IMG/VR virus record: IMGVR_UViG_3300002461_000266
Span: 1-43,380 of that record
DNA length: 43,380 nucleotides
DNA from: a virus
Reading direction: 5' to 3' (one strand)
Below the pieces are notes generated by a model. The model saw nothing but the letters and a program-made list of their open reading frames with translations. It was not told the DNA's origin and searched no databases. The translations under genes and the position numbers were made by a program. Positions 21,533 through 30,737 of this stretch are shown piece by piece; positions within the stretch are counted from its first letter, which is position 1; every line of letters starts with the position of its first letter.

Positions 21533-22404
21533 GCGCCGCCAAAGAGTTGATACGCCAGTACGAACGGGAGCGCAAAGCAGAGTGGCGCGCAGTCAGCAAG
21601 GACTCCACCAAAGGCAACGTGCCTATGAACCCGGTGATCGACTTGGGCATCAAGGTGCCGAAGAACGGGTTGAAAATTGCGGTGATTCCTGACGTGCAGG
21701 CCATGCCCGGCGTCGATCTGAGGCACCTGACTTGGTGTGGCAAGTATCTGGCTGACAAACGCCCGGACGTGATCGTCTGTATCGGTGACTTTGGCGACTT
21801 TCCGAGCTTGTCCCAGTTCGGCCGCGGCAAGCTGGAGTTTGAGGGTCGGCGCTACAAGAAAGACCTGTCCGCTTTCCACGAAGCAATGGGCCTGCTGCTG
21901 ACCCCGATCCACAAGGCGCAGGGCTACAACCCGTACTTGATATTCACCCACGGCAACCACGAAAGCCACATCGAGCGCGCAGCCAACGAGGATCCCCGTC
22001 TGGAAGGTCTGCTGTCCTTGGGCGACCTGCGCCTGGCCGAGTATGGCTGGCAGGCGTTCCCGTTCTTGCAGCCGGTGGCCATCGGTGGCGTGGCGTTCTG
22101 CCACTACTTCCCCAGCGGCGTGATGGGGCGGCCGATCACCACGGCGGCGGAACTGCTGCGCAAGCTCCACATGAGCGCCTTTGCCGGCCATCAGCAGGGC
22201 AGAGACATCGCCTTCGGGCGCCGTGCCGATGGCGGGCACATGACAGCTATCATCAGCGGGTCGTTTTATCAGCACGCCTACGCTTACCTCAGTCCATTCA
22301 CGAACGCCCACTGGCGAGGCATGTATTTCCTGCACGAAGTCAAAGACGGGCACTTTGACGAGATGGCTTTGAGCATCAACTTTTTGCAGCGGAGGTACGG
22401 GTGA
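21529..22404 (+). CDS. Calcineurin-like metallophosphoesterase (291 aa)
   Basis: Motifs VIPDVQ (motif I, with Gln where His is usual), IGDFGDF (GDxxD), THGNHES (GNHE), FCHYF and AGHQQG. Internal ATG of track ORF 21475..22404, with an ATGA overlap. Confidence 0.85.
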   Translation: MSAAKELIRQYERERKAEWRAVSKDSTKGNVPMNPVIDLGIKVPKNGLKIAVIPDVQAMPGVDLRHLTWCGKYLADKRPDVIVCIGDFGDFPSLSQFGRGKLEFEGRRYKKDLSAFHEAMGLLLTPIHKAQGYNPYLIFTHGNHESHIERAANEDPRLEGLLSLGDLRLAEYGWQAFPFLQPVAIGGVAFCHYFPSGVMGRPITTAAELLRKLHMSAFAGHQQGRDIAFGRRADGGHMTAIISGSFYQHAYAYLSPFTNAHWRGMYFLHEVKDGHFDEMALSINFLQRRYG

Positions 22405-22625
22405 CCGACCACGACACCCGCGTTCTGGCGGCGACGTTCGCGGCCAGGGTGCAGTTGGCCAAACTGCCGGTGCATGAGGCGATTCAGCAGGCCGAGACGG
22501 AATGGCAAAAGACGCAAGCCTGGGTGCGATCCGAGAGCCGCAAGGAAGGGTCGTTCCTGTGGTTTTGCGATGAATTTGAACTGGACCCCGGCGCTGTCCG
22601 GCGGGCGATACAGGAGCGGGCGTGA
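22401..22625 (+). CDS. Hypothetical protein (74 aa)
   Basis: GTGA overlap with the upstream stop. Confidence 0.65.
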   Translation: MTDHDTRVLAATFAARVQLAKLPVHEAIQQAETEWQKTQAWVRSESRKEGSFLWFCDEFELDPGAVRRAIQERA

Positions 22626-22826
22626 ATGATTTGTCCGGATGAAATAGAAACCATAAAGACAGTGCAGGCGGCAGGGCTTTCAATACATGCGGAGCTTCAA
22701 ACCAGCCTTACCATAGCGGTTGTGCGCTGGCTTCAAAGGGAAAAGCTAGACGTGATGGCGTTGACAGAGCACGACATCATCGCCAGAACAAAAGCAAGCT
22801 GGGGGAAAGGCGCTCTGCGGTGCTAA
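22626..22826 (+). CDS. Hypothetical protein (66 aa)
   Basis: The ATG is contiguous with the upstream stop. Confidence 0.6.
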   Translation: MICPDEIETIKTVQAAGLSIHAELQTSLTIAVVRWLQREKLDVMALTEHDIIARTKASWGKGALRC

Positions 22827-24037
22827 CTCCCCGCCCATACCAAACAGAAGGCCGCGACTTCCTCGCCAGCCGCCGGCACGCTCTGCTCGCAGACGAGATG
22901 CGCGTAGGAAAGTCGTGTCAAGCCATCATGGCCGCCGACAAGCTGCAGCTGGAGAACGTGCTGGTCGTGTGCCCTGCCATCGCCGTGCCGCACTGGCACC
23001 GGGAGTTTACTCGCTGGAGCGAGGACCGCATCGGCCCCTTTGTGATGTCCTACGATCGCCTGCGCCGGGACTGGGACTTCATCAGTAAGCGGCAGACCTT
23101 CGACCTGGCCATCGTCGACGAGTGCCACTTTGCCGTAAACCCCGAAGCACAGCGCACTCAAATTATCTACGGCAAGAACGGGTTGGGCTGGATCAGCGAC
23201 CGCATGTGGGTGTTGTCCGGCACGCCTGCGAAAAAGCACGCAGCCGAACTCTGGCCCATGCTCCGCGCCTTCGGCGTGGTCAAGATGACCTACGAGGAGT
23301 TCGTCAATCACTACTGCGTGATTAACCGTTTTACCGAGCGGATAACCGGCACCAAACCGGACAAAATACCGGAAGTGCGCGCCCTCTTGGCGCAGGTCAT
23401 GCTGCGCCGCACCCGCAAGGAAGTGGCACCCGAGATGCCCGGCATCGACTTCCAGTTCCTCGAAGTGGAACCGGACATTAAAGCGGACATTCAACTGCCG
23501 CCCGGCCTGTCCGAAGCCGAGCTGGCCGACTGGCTGGACGCCAACCCGTCCGTCGACCGCGAGGACCGTATTGCTGTGGCGCAGGCCAAGGTTCTGCCAC
23601 TGGCCAAGCAGATCGACTTCGCCATCCAGAACGAACTCCTGAAGCAGACCGTGGTGTTCGGCTGGCACACCGAGCCGCTGGAGCACCAGGCCCGCCTGCT
23701 GAACGAGTGCGGAATCCGCACCGAACTCCTGACCGGCAAGACCACGCCGCGCCAGCGGGAGGTCATTCAAAATAATTTCAGAAACGGCTTGACGAAGGTA
23801 GTCGTCGGGAATATTCTTGCGGCTGGCACTGCGATTGATCTGTCATCCGCGAGCCACGGCTTTTTCCTTGAACTCGACTGGTTATCTGTCAACAATGTGC
23901 AAGCAGCCAACCGGCTTGTGAGCCTTGAAAAGAAAGAGCCAGTGACTTACGACGTGGTGACGTGGCCGGGCAGCGCAGACGACAAAGTGCAACGAGTATT
24001 GATGCGGCGAGTCCGCGAACTCTCACAACTCTACTGA
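22820..24037 (+). CDS. SF2 helicase (DEAD/DEAH or SNF2-like; 405 aa)
   Basis: Motif I LADEMRVGKS, motif II IVDECH, SGTP (motif III-like), and a C-terminal helicase domain (VVFGWH..., NILAAGTAIDL). Confidence 0.85.
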   Translation: MLTPRPYQTEGRDFLASRRHALLADEMRVGKSCQAIMAADKLQLENVLVVCPAIAVPHWHREFTRWSEDRIGPFVMSYDRLRRDWDFISKRQTFDLAIVDECHFAVNPEAQRTQIIYGKNGLGWISDRMWVLSGTPAKKHAAELWPMLRAFGVVKMTYEEFVNHYCVINRFTERITGTKPDKIPEVRALLAQVMLRRTRKEVAPEMPGIDFQFLEVEPDIKADIQLPPGLSEAELADWLDANPSVDREDRIAVAQAKVLPLAKQIDFAIQNELLKQTVVFGWHTEPLEHQARLLNECGIRTELLTGKTTPRQREVIQNNFRNGLTKVVVGNILAAGTAIDLSSASHGFFLELDWLSVNNVQAANRLVSLEKKEPVTYDVVTWPGSADDKVQRVLMRRVRELSQLY

Positions 24038-24044
24038 GGACAAC

Positions 24045-24626
24045 ATGATCCAAGTCACATTCAACTTCAAGACCATCGAGGAAGCCGTCGCCACCCTGGG
24101 CACGTTGCTGCAGCGTGGCGCCCCGGTGCCGAACGTGGACAAGCCTGCTGCCGACCCTTTCGGCAAGAGCAGCAACCGTAAACCGAGGGCCGACGCTGGC
24201 AAGAAGCGTGGCTCCTACAAGAACCCAGAGGCCAGCGCGACGCCAAACGGCGAGAAAACTGGCGACAGTTCAACCGCAGTAACGGATCCGGGCAAGGCAG
24301 CGGAGCAGGCCGCCAACCCGACATCGACGCCTGCAGACGCGCCCAAGGGGGTCAAAGCCCCTGCGACGAATGCCTCTGGCCCCGAAACCGCAGCACCGGC
24401 ACCGGAGGCCAATGCGTCGAGCGCGACGGCGCAGACTCCGGAGCCGGACGCTGCGGCCCCTGACGAGAAGGCCGTGCAGGCCGCACTGGACAAGGTGTTC
24501 GCGGCCAAGGGCTTGAAGCCGACGATGGCACTGCTGGCCGAGTTCGGCGTGGCCAAGGGGCGCGACCTGAAGCCGGAGCAGCGCGCGGCGTTTGTTCAGA
24601 AAGCCGAGGAGGCCGCCAATGGCTGA
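24045..24626 (+). CDS. Hypothetical protein with long Pro/Ala/Thr-rich low-complexity centre (193 aa)
   Basis: ATG after GAGGA. It has ordered N- and C-terminal segments flanking a PA-rich linker. Confidence 0.75.
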   Translation: MIQVTFNFKTIEEAVATLGTLLQRGAPVPNVDKPAADPFGKSSNRKPRADAGKKRGSYKNPEASATPNGEKTGDSSTAVTDPGKAAEQAANPTSTPADAPKGVKAPATNASGPETAAPAPEANASSATAQTPEPDAAAPDEKAVQAALDKVFAAKGLKPTMALLAEFGVAKGRDLKPEQRAAFVQKAEEAANG

Positions 24627-24728
24627 TTGCTTTTACTCACTGCATACTCTCTTAATTGGGGAAGGACTGACAGCGCCGCGCGAGCCGTGCTTTTGCTGCC
24701 TTTGCCTTCTGGCCAATGAGGAAAACCA

Positions 24729-25511
24729 ATGACCGGTCACGCTCGCCTGTCCGCCAGCGCGGCGCACCGCTGGATGCACTGCCCCGGCAGCATCAAACTG
24801 TCCGAGGGCTTGCCGAACCCGCCCACGATTCACTCGGCCACCGGAACCTGCGCGCACGACATCGCAGCCAAGTGCCTGACGGACAACGTGATGCCTGCGG
24901 ACTTCCTCGACCATAAGTTCACGGTCGATGGCTTCGAGATCATCTGCGATCAGGAAATGGTTGATGCCATAAACCTTTACCTGTCCGAGATCGAGTCCGA
25001 TGCGCAGCCGGGCGACGAGTCCTGGGTCGAGATGCCGCTGCTGAAAGCCCTGCAGGAACTCGACCCGGACTTCGGCGGCACGGCGGACTACGTGCGCTAC
25101 CGCCCGAGCACCAAGCATCTGCGCGTGACGGACTACAAGTACGGCAAGGGCACCTACGTCAAGGTGGAGGACAATGAGCAGTTGATGAAGTATGCGGTCG
25201 GTGCTCTGCTGGAAGTCGACCGACCCGTGGAGGAAGTCGAGGTCGTGATTGTCCAGCCGCGCTTTGATAAGGCGGCCAAGGTGCGCCCGTGGAAGTTCCG
25301 GGCCGTGGATCTGCTGGACTTCGTGGCCGACCTGCAGGCCGCGGCCAAGCTGACCCGCACGGACAACGCGCCGCTCAAGACTGGTAATTGGTGCAAGTTC
25401 TGCCCGGCAGCGCGGCTGCCCTGCCCGCAGCGGGTCAAGGAAGGCAAGCACAAACCCAAGATCAGCATTGAAGATTTCGACGTGATAGACGGCACGCCGA
25501 CTGCGCAGTAA
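24729..25511 (+). CDS. PD-(D/E)XK nuclease, DUF2800/Cas4-like (260 aa)
   Basis: MTGHARLSASAAHRWMHCPGS N-terminus, TADYVRY...VTDYKYGKG...EDNEQLMKYA core, and a C-terminal Cys cluster (NWCKFCPAARLPCP). Confidence 0.8.
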   Translation: MTGHARLSASAAHRWMHCPGSIKLSEGLPNPPTIHSATGTCAHDIAAKCLTDNVMPADFLDHKFTVDGFEIICDQEMVDAINLYLSEIESDAQPGDESWVEMPLLKALQELDPDFGGTADYVRYRPSTKHLRVTDYKYGKGTYVKVEDNEQLMKYAVGALLEVDRPVEEVEVVIVQPRFDKAAKVRPWKFRAVDLLDFVADLQAAAKLTRTDNAPLKTGNWCKFCPAARLPCPQRVKEGKHKPKISIEDFDVIDGTPTAQ

Positions 25512-25544
25512 CTTCGACCGTCATAAGCTAAGGAACCCAAGACC

Positions 25545-26123
25545 ATGTCCTATCGCATCGAGAACGTCCGCTTCAATTACACCAACTCCCTGTTCACCGC
25601 GCAGAAACCAAAGACCGGCGAAGGCAAGGAGAAGTTCTCTGTCGTCGCGCTGTTCCCCAAGGACCACCCCCAGGTCGCGGCCATCAAGGCCGAGATGCTG
25701 AAAGTGGCCGACGCCAAGTGGCCGGGCAAAGGCGCGGAAGTCCTGAAACAACTGGCTGCTGGCGACCGCCTGTGCCTGCACGACGGCGATGCCAAGGCTG
25801 ACAAGCCGGGCTACGAAGGCAATCTGTTCATCAACGCCAGCAACGAGCTGCGCCCGCTGGTCGTTGGCCCGCAGCGCGAACCGTTGGTGGCCGCTGACGG
25901 GAAGCCCTACTCCGGCAGCTACGGCAACATCATTGTCGAGTTCTGGGCACAGGACAATCAGTTCGGCAAGCGCATCAACGCGAGCCTGCTTGGCGTCCAG
26001 CACATCAAGGACGGCGAGCGCCTGTCCGGTGGCGGCGTCGCCGCAGCGGACGACTTCGACGCCATCCCGGTGCCGCAGGCCGAGAAAGCCGCCGCGGGCC
26101 AAGGCGCAGCCGGCCTGTTCTGA
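25545..26123 (+). CDS. DUF2815-type phage single-stranded DNA-binding protein (192 aa)
   Basis: Its position between the DUF2800 nuclease and the DNA polymerase is the usual module order. It has the N-terminal ...VRFNYTNSLFTAQKP... segment and an acidic/Gly tail. Recognition is by pattern only. Confidence 0.7.
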   Translation: MSYRIENVRFNYTNSLFTAQKPKTGEGKEKFSVVALFPKDHPQVAAIKAEMLKVADAKWPGKGAEVLKQLAAGDRLCLHDGDAKADKPGYEGNLFINASNELRPLVVGPQREPLVAADGKPYSGSYGNIIVEFWAQDNQFGKRINASLLGVQHIKDGERLSGGGVAAADDFDAIPVPQAEKAAAGQGAAGLF

Positions 26124-26141
26124 TCGACAACCTGGAACGGA

Positions 26142-26168
26142 GAACCCCGCTTCGGCGGGGTTTTCTTG
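26142..26168 (+). terminator. Rho-independent terminator
   Basis: GAACCCCGC-ttcg-GCGGGGTT followed by TTCTTG (T-rich), 19 nt after the stop at 26123. Confidence 0.75.
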
Positions 26169-26173
26169 CCTCG

Positions 26174-26320
26174 ATGAAAATGTGCAAACGCTGCGAAGCC
26201 CGCAAGGATGATGACAAGTTCCACCGGCTGCTGGTCAACGGACGCTTCTACCGGCAGACCTACTGCAAGCTGTGCCAGCGCGTGCTGAGCCGGGAACGAT
26301 ACAGGAAAGGGAAGGCGTGA
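26174..26320 (+). CDS. Zinc-ribbon micro-protein (48 aa; below track cutoff)
   Basis: MKMCKRCEARKDDDKFHRLLVNGRFYRQTYCKLCQRVLSRERYRKGKA (CxxC...CxxC). Its stop overlaps the polymerase GTG (GTGA). Confidence 0.5.
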   Translation: MKMCKRCEARKDDDKFHRLLVNGRFYRQTYCKLCQRVLSRERYRKGKA

Positions 26321-28344
26321 CCAAAGTCTGCCACCTTGACTGGGAAAGCCGCAGCGTCTTGGACTTGCGTGAAGTCGGCCTTTACAACTACAGCCGCCAC
26401 GCGAGCACCGACATCTGGTGTGGTGCTTACGCCTTTGACGACGAGGAACCTGAGTTGTGGACACCAGCGCGGCCGTGCCCGCCGCGTATTGCGCAGCACG
26501 TCGCCGCTGGCGGGCAGGTGCTGGCGTGGAATGCGCCGTTTGAGTTGGCGCTGTGGAATCAGATAGCCGCACCCCGTTATGGGTGGCCGGCGCTGCCGGC
26601 AGAACAAGCGGTGTGTGTGATGGCGCAAGGTTACGCGATGGGCCTGCCCGGCAGCCTTGAAGATGCCGCCCTCGCAATGGGCATCGACATGAAGAAGGAC
26701 ACCGAGGGCAGGGCGCTGATGCTCCGGATGTGCCGGCCGCGCAGCACGAAGGGCGGCGAGATCGTATGGTGGGACGACGATGACAAACTGGCCCGGCTCT
26801 ATGAGTACTGCAAGCAGGACGTGCGGGTCGAGCGGGAACTGCACAAACGCCTGATGCCGCTATCAGACCGCGAGCGCCAGGTTTGGCTCATGGACTACAG
26901 GATCAACCAACGCGGAGTCCAGGTCGATCTGCCGAGCGCGAACGCGGCAATCAAACTGGCCGACGCCATGAAGGTGCGCTATGACAACGAGCTTGCTGAA
27001 ATCACAAACGGGGCCGCGACTTCGGTCACGGCGCTTGCTCCGCTCAAGGAGTGGCTCAACGAACAAGGCTGCCACCAAGCACTCGCTGGCTTGGCTAAAG
27101 CGGACGTATCGGAACTCCTTGCCAACCCTGATGTGGGTGGACCGGCCCGCGCCGCGCTCACGGTAAGGCAAGAGGCCGGCAAGGCCAGCAACGCCAAGTT
27201 CAACGTGATGGCGTTACAGGCTGGCGAGGATGGCCGTCTGCACAATTTGGTGCAGTATCACGGCGCCGCCACCGGGCGCTGGGCGGGCAGGGCGGTGCAG
27301 GTTCACAACCTGCCCCGCAACATGCCGGACGCCGATGTGGTCGAGCGCGTTCTGGAACTGGTCAGGAACGGAGAACACGATGCGATCGACGCTATTTTTG
27401 GCCCGCCCCTCACGATGGTGTCGAGCTGTCTGCGTAGTTTTTTCACCGCAGCCAAGGGCAAGAGACTGGTTGCGGGTGACTTCTCCAACGTGGAAGGCCG
27501 CGGCCAAGCATGGTTTGCTGGTGAGGAATGGAAACTTCAAGCGTTCGTGGCTGCGGACGCGAAGGCCGGCCCTGGGCTTTATGAACTGGCGTATTCTCGA
27601 ATGTTCGGCGTCCCGGTTGAAAGCGTCAAGAATCCGTCAGAGGAACGACAGGTCGGCAAGGTGGCGGAGCTGGCGTTCGGATACCAAGGGGGTCGAGGCA
27701 GCTTTCACGTCATGGGCAAGGCGTACGGTGTGACGGTGTCGGACGCCAAGGCCGACGAGTTCAAGGACGCCTGGCGCGCAGCGCACCCCCGGATCGTGCG
27801 GACGTGGTACGACATCCAGGGCGCCGCCATCCGGGCCGTGGAAAACCCCGGCAACGTCTACGAGTGCGGCCATCCCGGCAGGCAGGCCAAGTTCCGCAAG
27901 GTCGGGAGTTTCCTCTGGTGCCTGTTGCCATCGGGCCGTGCCATCTGCTATCCTTATGCGAAGATCCTTCAAGGCGAGTTCGGGCCGCAGTTGACCTACA
28001 TGACCTCGCCATCCCCGGACGACCGCCGAAAGGGCAAGATCATTTACGACCCGCTGAACAGCAGCAACTGGGCGCGCGTCTCCACCTACGGCGGCAGCCT
28101 GTTCAACAACATCGTGCAGGGTATGTGCCGGGACATCCTGGCCGAGACGATGCTCAAGATGGAAGCCGCTGGCCTGCCGGTCGTGCTGCACGTCCACGAC
28201 GAAGCGGTGGGTGAAGTCGACCAAGCCATTGCCGAGGAGAAGCGACTGGTGATGCAGCAGATGATGCGCACCCCGCCCGCGTGGGCCAAGGGGTTCCCGT
28301 TGTGGGCGGACTGTTCAGTGATGGTGCGGTATGGCAAAGGCTGA
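26317..28344 (+). CDS. Family-A DNA polymerase with 3'-5' exonuclease domain (675 aa)
   Basis: Exo I HLDWESRS, motif A DFSNVEGR, motif B RQVGKVAELAFGYQGG and motif C VLHVHDEAV. The GTG at 26317 is coupled to the upstream micro-ORF. The track start at 26272 lies inside that ORF. Confidence 0.93.
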   Translation: MTKVCHLDWESRSVLDLREVGLYNYSRHASTDIWCGAYAFDDEEPELWTPARPCPPRIAQHVAAGGQVLAWNAPFELALWNQIAAPRYGWPALPAEQAVCVMAQGYAMGLPGSLEDAALAMGIDMKKDTEGRALMLRMCRPRSTKGGEIVWWDDDDKLARLYEYCKQDVRVERELHKRLMPLSDRERQVWLMDYRINQRGVQVDLPSANAAIKLADAMKVRYDNELAEITNGAATSVTALAPLKEWLNEQGCHQALAGLAKADVSELLANPDVGGPARAALTVRQEAGKASNAKFNVMALQAGEDGRLHNLVQYHGAATGRWAGRAVQVHNLPRNMPDADVVERVLELVRNGEHDAIDAIFGPPLTMVSSCLRSFFTAAKGKRLVAGDFSNVEGRGQAWFAGEEWKLQAFVAADAKAGPGLYELAYSRMFGVPVESVKNPSEERQVGKVAELAFGYQGGRGSFHVMGKAYGVTVSDAKADEFKDAWRAAHPRIVRTWYDIQGAAIRAVENPGNVYECGHPGRQAKFRKVGSFLWCLLPSGRAICYPYAKILQGEFGPQLTYMTSPSPDDRRKGKIIYDPLNSSNWARVSTYGGSLFNNIVQGMCRDILAETMLKMEAAGLPVVLHVHDEAVGEVDQAIAEEKRLVMQQMMRTPPAWAKGFPLWADCSVMVRYGKG

Positions 28345-30166
28345 CGCAGCTCTCGCGCTGGCGAAGCGCGGATTCAAGGTTTTCCCCATTGCCCCGAACG
28401 CCAAGTTTCCGCCGCTCTGGGAAGGCTGGCCGCAACGCGCCACAACCGACATCGCTGCGCTGCAGAACTGGCCGCAAGACGCCAACATTGGCGTGCATTG
28501 CGAAGGCATGCTTGTTCTTGACGTGGACGCCCGCAAGGGCGGCGACGAGAGCCTAGCTTACCTGCAGGCTGTCTACGGCCTGCCGGAAACCTTGACGACG
28601 ATCACACCTTCAAATGGCCGACACCTGTTCTTGCGTTTAGCCGAAGGGCATCCCGGCGTGCCGAACAGCGTGGAGCGTATAGCCAAGGGCATCGACGTGC
28701 GCTCCACGGGCGGATACGTCGTGGCCCCAGGCAGCGAGACGCCTTCAGGGAAATACCGCTTTTCAGCAGACGTTGAAATAGCACCGGCCCCTGAATGGCT
28801 CATAGCCAAAGCTGGCACAGTCGTGCCAAAAACGGGCACGAACGAACCCGTGCCGGACGCCCCAGACGCGGTGCTCCAGCGCGCAGCCGACTGGCTGGCG
28901 AAGGCGCCGCGCAGCGTAAAAGGGCAGGGCGGCGATCAGACGGCCTATGTTGTGGCCTGCACTCTGCGGGACATGGGTGTGTCCGAACAGCAGGCCGTCG
29001 AACTGATGCGTTCCGAACTCTGGGACTACGGCTGCGGCTGGCGCGCTGGCAGGCTGGAGGAAAAGCCGATCCACAGCGCCTTCCGTTACGCTCAAAACGA
29101 AGCAGGTATAAAAGCCGCGCTGCCCGAGGACTTCCCGGTTCATGTCGACACCGCCGACGTGTTAGCGGAACGTGTCGAAAAAGAACGCAAAAGCCGACCT
29201 GTTGTGCGCCGCCTTTCGCAATTCGCAAATAGCGAACACCGCGGCCCCGGCTACCTGATAAAGGGGCTTCTCCAGCGTCGGTCTTACGCTGAGCTGTTCG
29301 GTCAGCCCGGCGCCGGCAAGACCTTCGTGGCGCTGGACGCGGCCTATCACGTCGCCGCCAACCGCCCATGGATGGGCCGGAAGGTCCACAGCGGAGCTGT
29401 CCTGTATCTGGCCTACGAGGGTATCGGCGGCATGGTCAAGCGGGCGCAGGCGCTGCGGCAGAAGTACGGCGACGAGGATGTGCCGCTGTTCATCGCGGGC
29501 GCAGACTTCAATCTGCGGGAGCAGGCTGGCCGGCAGATCCTCGGCGGCATCATGGCCGAACTGCCGGAGAAGCCGGTGCTGGTCGTGGTCGACACATTTG
29601 CCAGGGCGCTCTGCGGTGGGGATGAAAATTCAGCGCAGGACGTGGGCGCTTTCAACGCGGCCATCGCCGCCCTGATTGAGAACACTGGCGCCTGCGTGAT
29701 GATTATCCACCACTCGGGCAAGAATAAGAACGCAGGCGCCCGTGGATCCAGTGCTTTGCTGGGCGCCATTGACACCGAACTGGAAGTGGACGAGAATCAA
29801 ATTACGGCCCGCAAGCAACGGGACGTAGAGGCTGGTGAGCCGATCGGCTTCAAGCTGGAACCGATGATCGTGGGGCTGGACGAGGACGGCGACGAGCTGA
29901 CCAGTTGCACGGTTGCCCCTGACGAAGTCAAGGCTGGCCCGAAGATGGGGCGGCTGACCGGCAACAACAAACGCGGGTTCGATGTGCTGTGCGAACTGCG
30001 GCCAACCAACGACCCGATTACGGATGTCGAGTGGAAGGAAGCCTGCAAGGAGTTCTTGGGTGATCGCTCCGTGGCCCAGCGGTTCCACGACATCAAGCGC
30101 AATCTCAGAACCAAGGGCTACATCGAAGTGAACGAGGAAGGCTTGATTACCAGGAGATGCGAATGA
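28331..30166 (+). CDS. Bifunctional Prim-Pol primase / RepA(AAA_25)-like helicase (611 aa)
   Basis: N-terminal Prim-Pol motifs (VLDVDARKGG, NGRHLFL, GIDVRSTGGYVVAPGS). C-terminal Walker A GQPGAGKT and Walker B VLVVVDTF. Confidence 0.9.
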   Translation: MAKADAALALAKRGFKVFPIAPNAKFPPLWEGWPQRATTDIAALQNWPQDANIGVHCEGMLVLDVDARKGGDESLAYLQAVYGLPETLTTITPSNGRHLFLRLAEGHPGVPNSVERIAKGIDVRSTGGYVVAPGSETPSGKYRFSADVEIAPAPEWLIAKAGTVVPKTGTNEPVPDAPDAVLQRAADWLAKAPRSVKGQGGDQTAYVVACTLRDMGVSEQQAVELMRSELWDYGCGWRAGRLEEKPIHSAFRYAQNEAGIKAALPEDFPVHVDTADVLAERVEKERKSRPVVRRLSQFANSEHRGPGYLIKGLLQRRSYAELFGQPGAGKTFVALDAAYHVAANRPWMGRKVHSGAVLYLAYEGIGGMVKRAQALRQKYGDEDVPLFIAGADFNLREQAGRQILGGIMAELPEKPVLVVVDTFARALCGGDENSAQDVGAFNAAIAALIENTGACVMIIHHSGKNKNAGARGSSALLGAIDTELEVDENQITARKQRDVEAGEPIGFKLEPMIVGLDEDGDELTSCTVAPDEVKAGPKMGRLTGNNKRGFDVLCELRPTNDPITDVEWKEACKEFLGDRSVAQRFHDIKRNLRTKGYIEVNEEGLITRRCE

Positions 30167-30360
30167 ACTACGACGAACTGCTCGGGATGTGCGCGAGGAC
30201 AGCCTGCATGTCTCCCGAGTTCCGCCCGACCTCGCTGCACACGGTCCAGGCTGCGCTTAATCGCCACGACCCCGAGAGCCGCGGCATCATCGCGGAGAAG
30301 ATCATGATGCTGCTGCTGGAGTACGTCGAGGCGCAGCAACCAGCGCAAGTGAGGCACTGA
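30163..30360 (+). CDS. Hypothetical protein (65 aa)
   Basis: ATGA overlap with the primase stop. Confidence 0.6.
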   Translation: MNYDELLGMCARTACMSPEFRPTSLHTVQAALNRHDPESRGIIAEKIMMLLLEYVEAQQPAQVRH

Positions 30361-30361
30361 C

Positions 30362-30613
30362 GTGCCTCCGCTTTATGATCTACTCTGCCCGACCTGCCAC
30401 CGGGTTGTGGAACGCCAGTGCAAAGTGGATGACCGCTTGAACCAGCGGTGCTACCACGACGGCGACCTGCTGACGGTCAAGATCAGCGCGGTCTACGGCA
30501 AGATGGCAGGTCAGGTCGTGAAAGGCGGCGGCCCGGATCGCTTCACGGCGGACATGATGGGGATTCCGCTGAAGGACTTACCGGACGATCTTAAGGCCGC
30601 GCCGCCCAAATAA
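30362..30613 (+). CDS. Hypothetical zinc-ribbon-like protein (83 aa); last gene of the rightward arm
   Basis: GTG lies 7 nt after GAGG. It contains CPTCH...C...C. Confidence 0.65.
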   Translation: MPPLYDLLCPTCHRVVERQCKVDDRLNQRCYHDGDLLTVKISAVYGKMAGQVVKGGGPDRFTADMMGIPLKDLPDDLKAAPPK

Positions 30614-30737
30614 ACCCGACGTTGGCCACGGCGTAGGCCGCAAAGGCCAGCGCCAGGCCCGGATCGCCGTTACCCAGATAACGCCACGACACCACGAAGT
30701 AGAGCAGGCTGGCCAAGGCCAGTTCCCATGGGGTCAT
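30591..30737 (-). CDS. Two-TM micro-protein (48 aa; below track cutoff); last gene of the leftward arm
   Basis: MTPWELALASLLYFVVSWRYLGNGDPGLALAFAAYAVANVGFIWAARP. The ATG overlaps the holin stop (ATGA). Its 3' end overlaps the convergent + strand gene by 23 nt. Confidence 0.45.
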   Translation of the reverse strand: MTPWELALASLLYFVVSWRYLGNGDPGLALAFAAYAVANVGFIWAARP

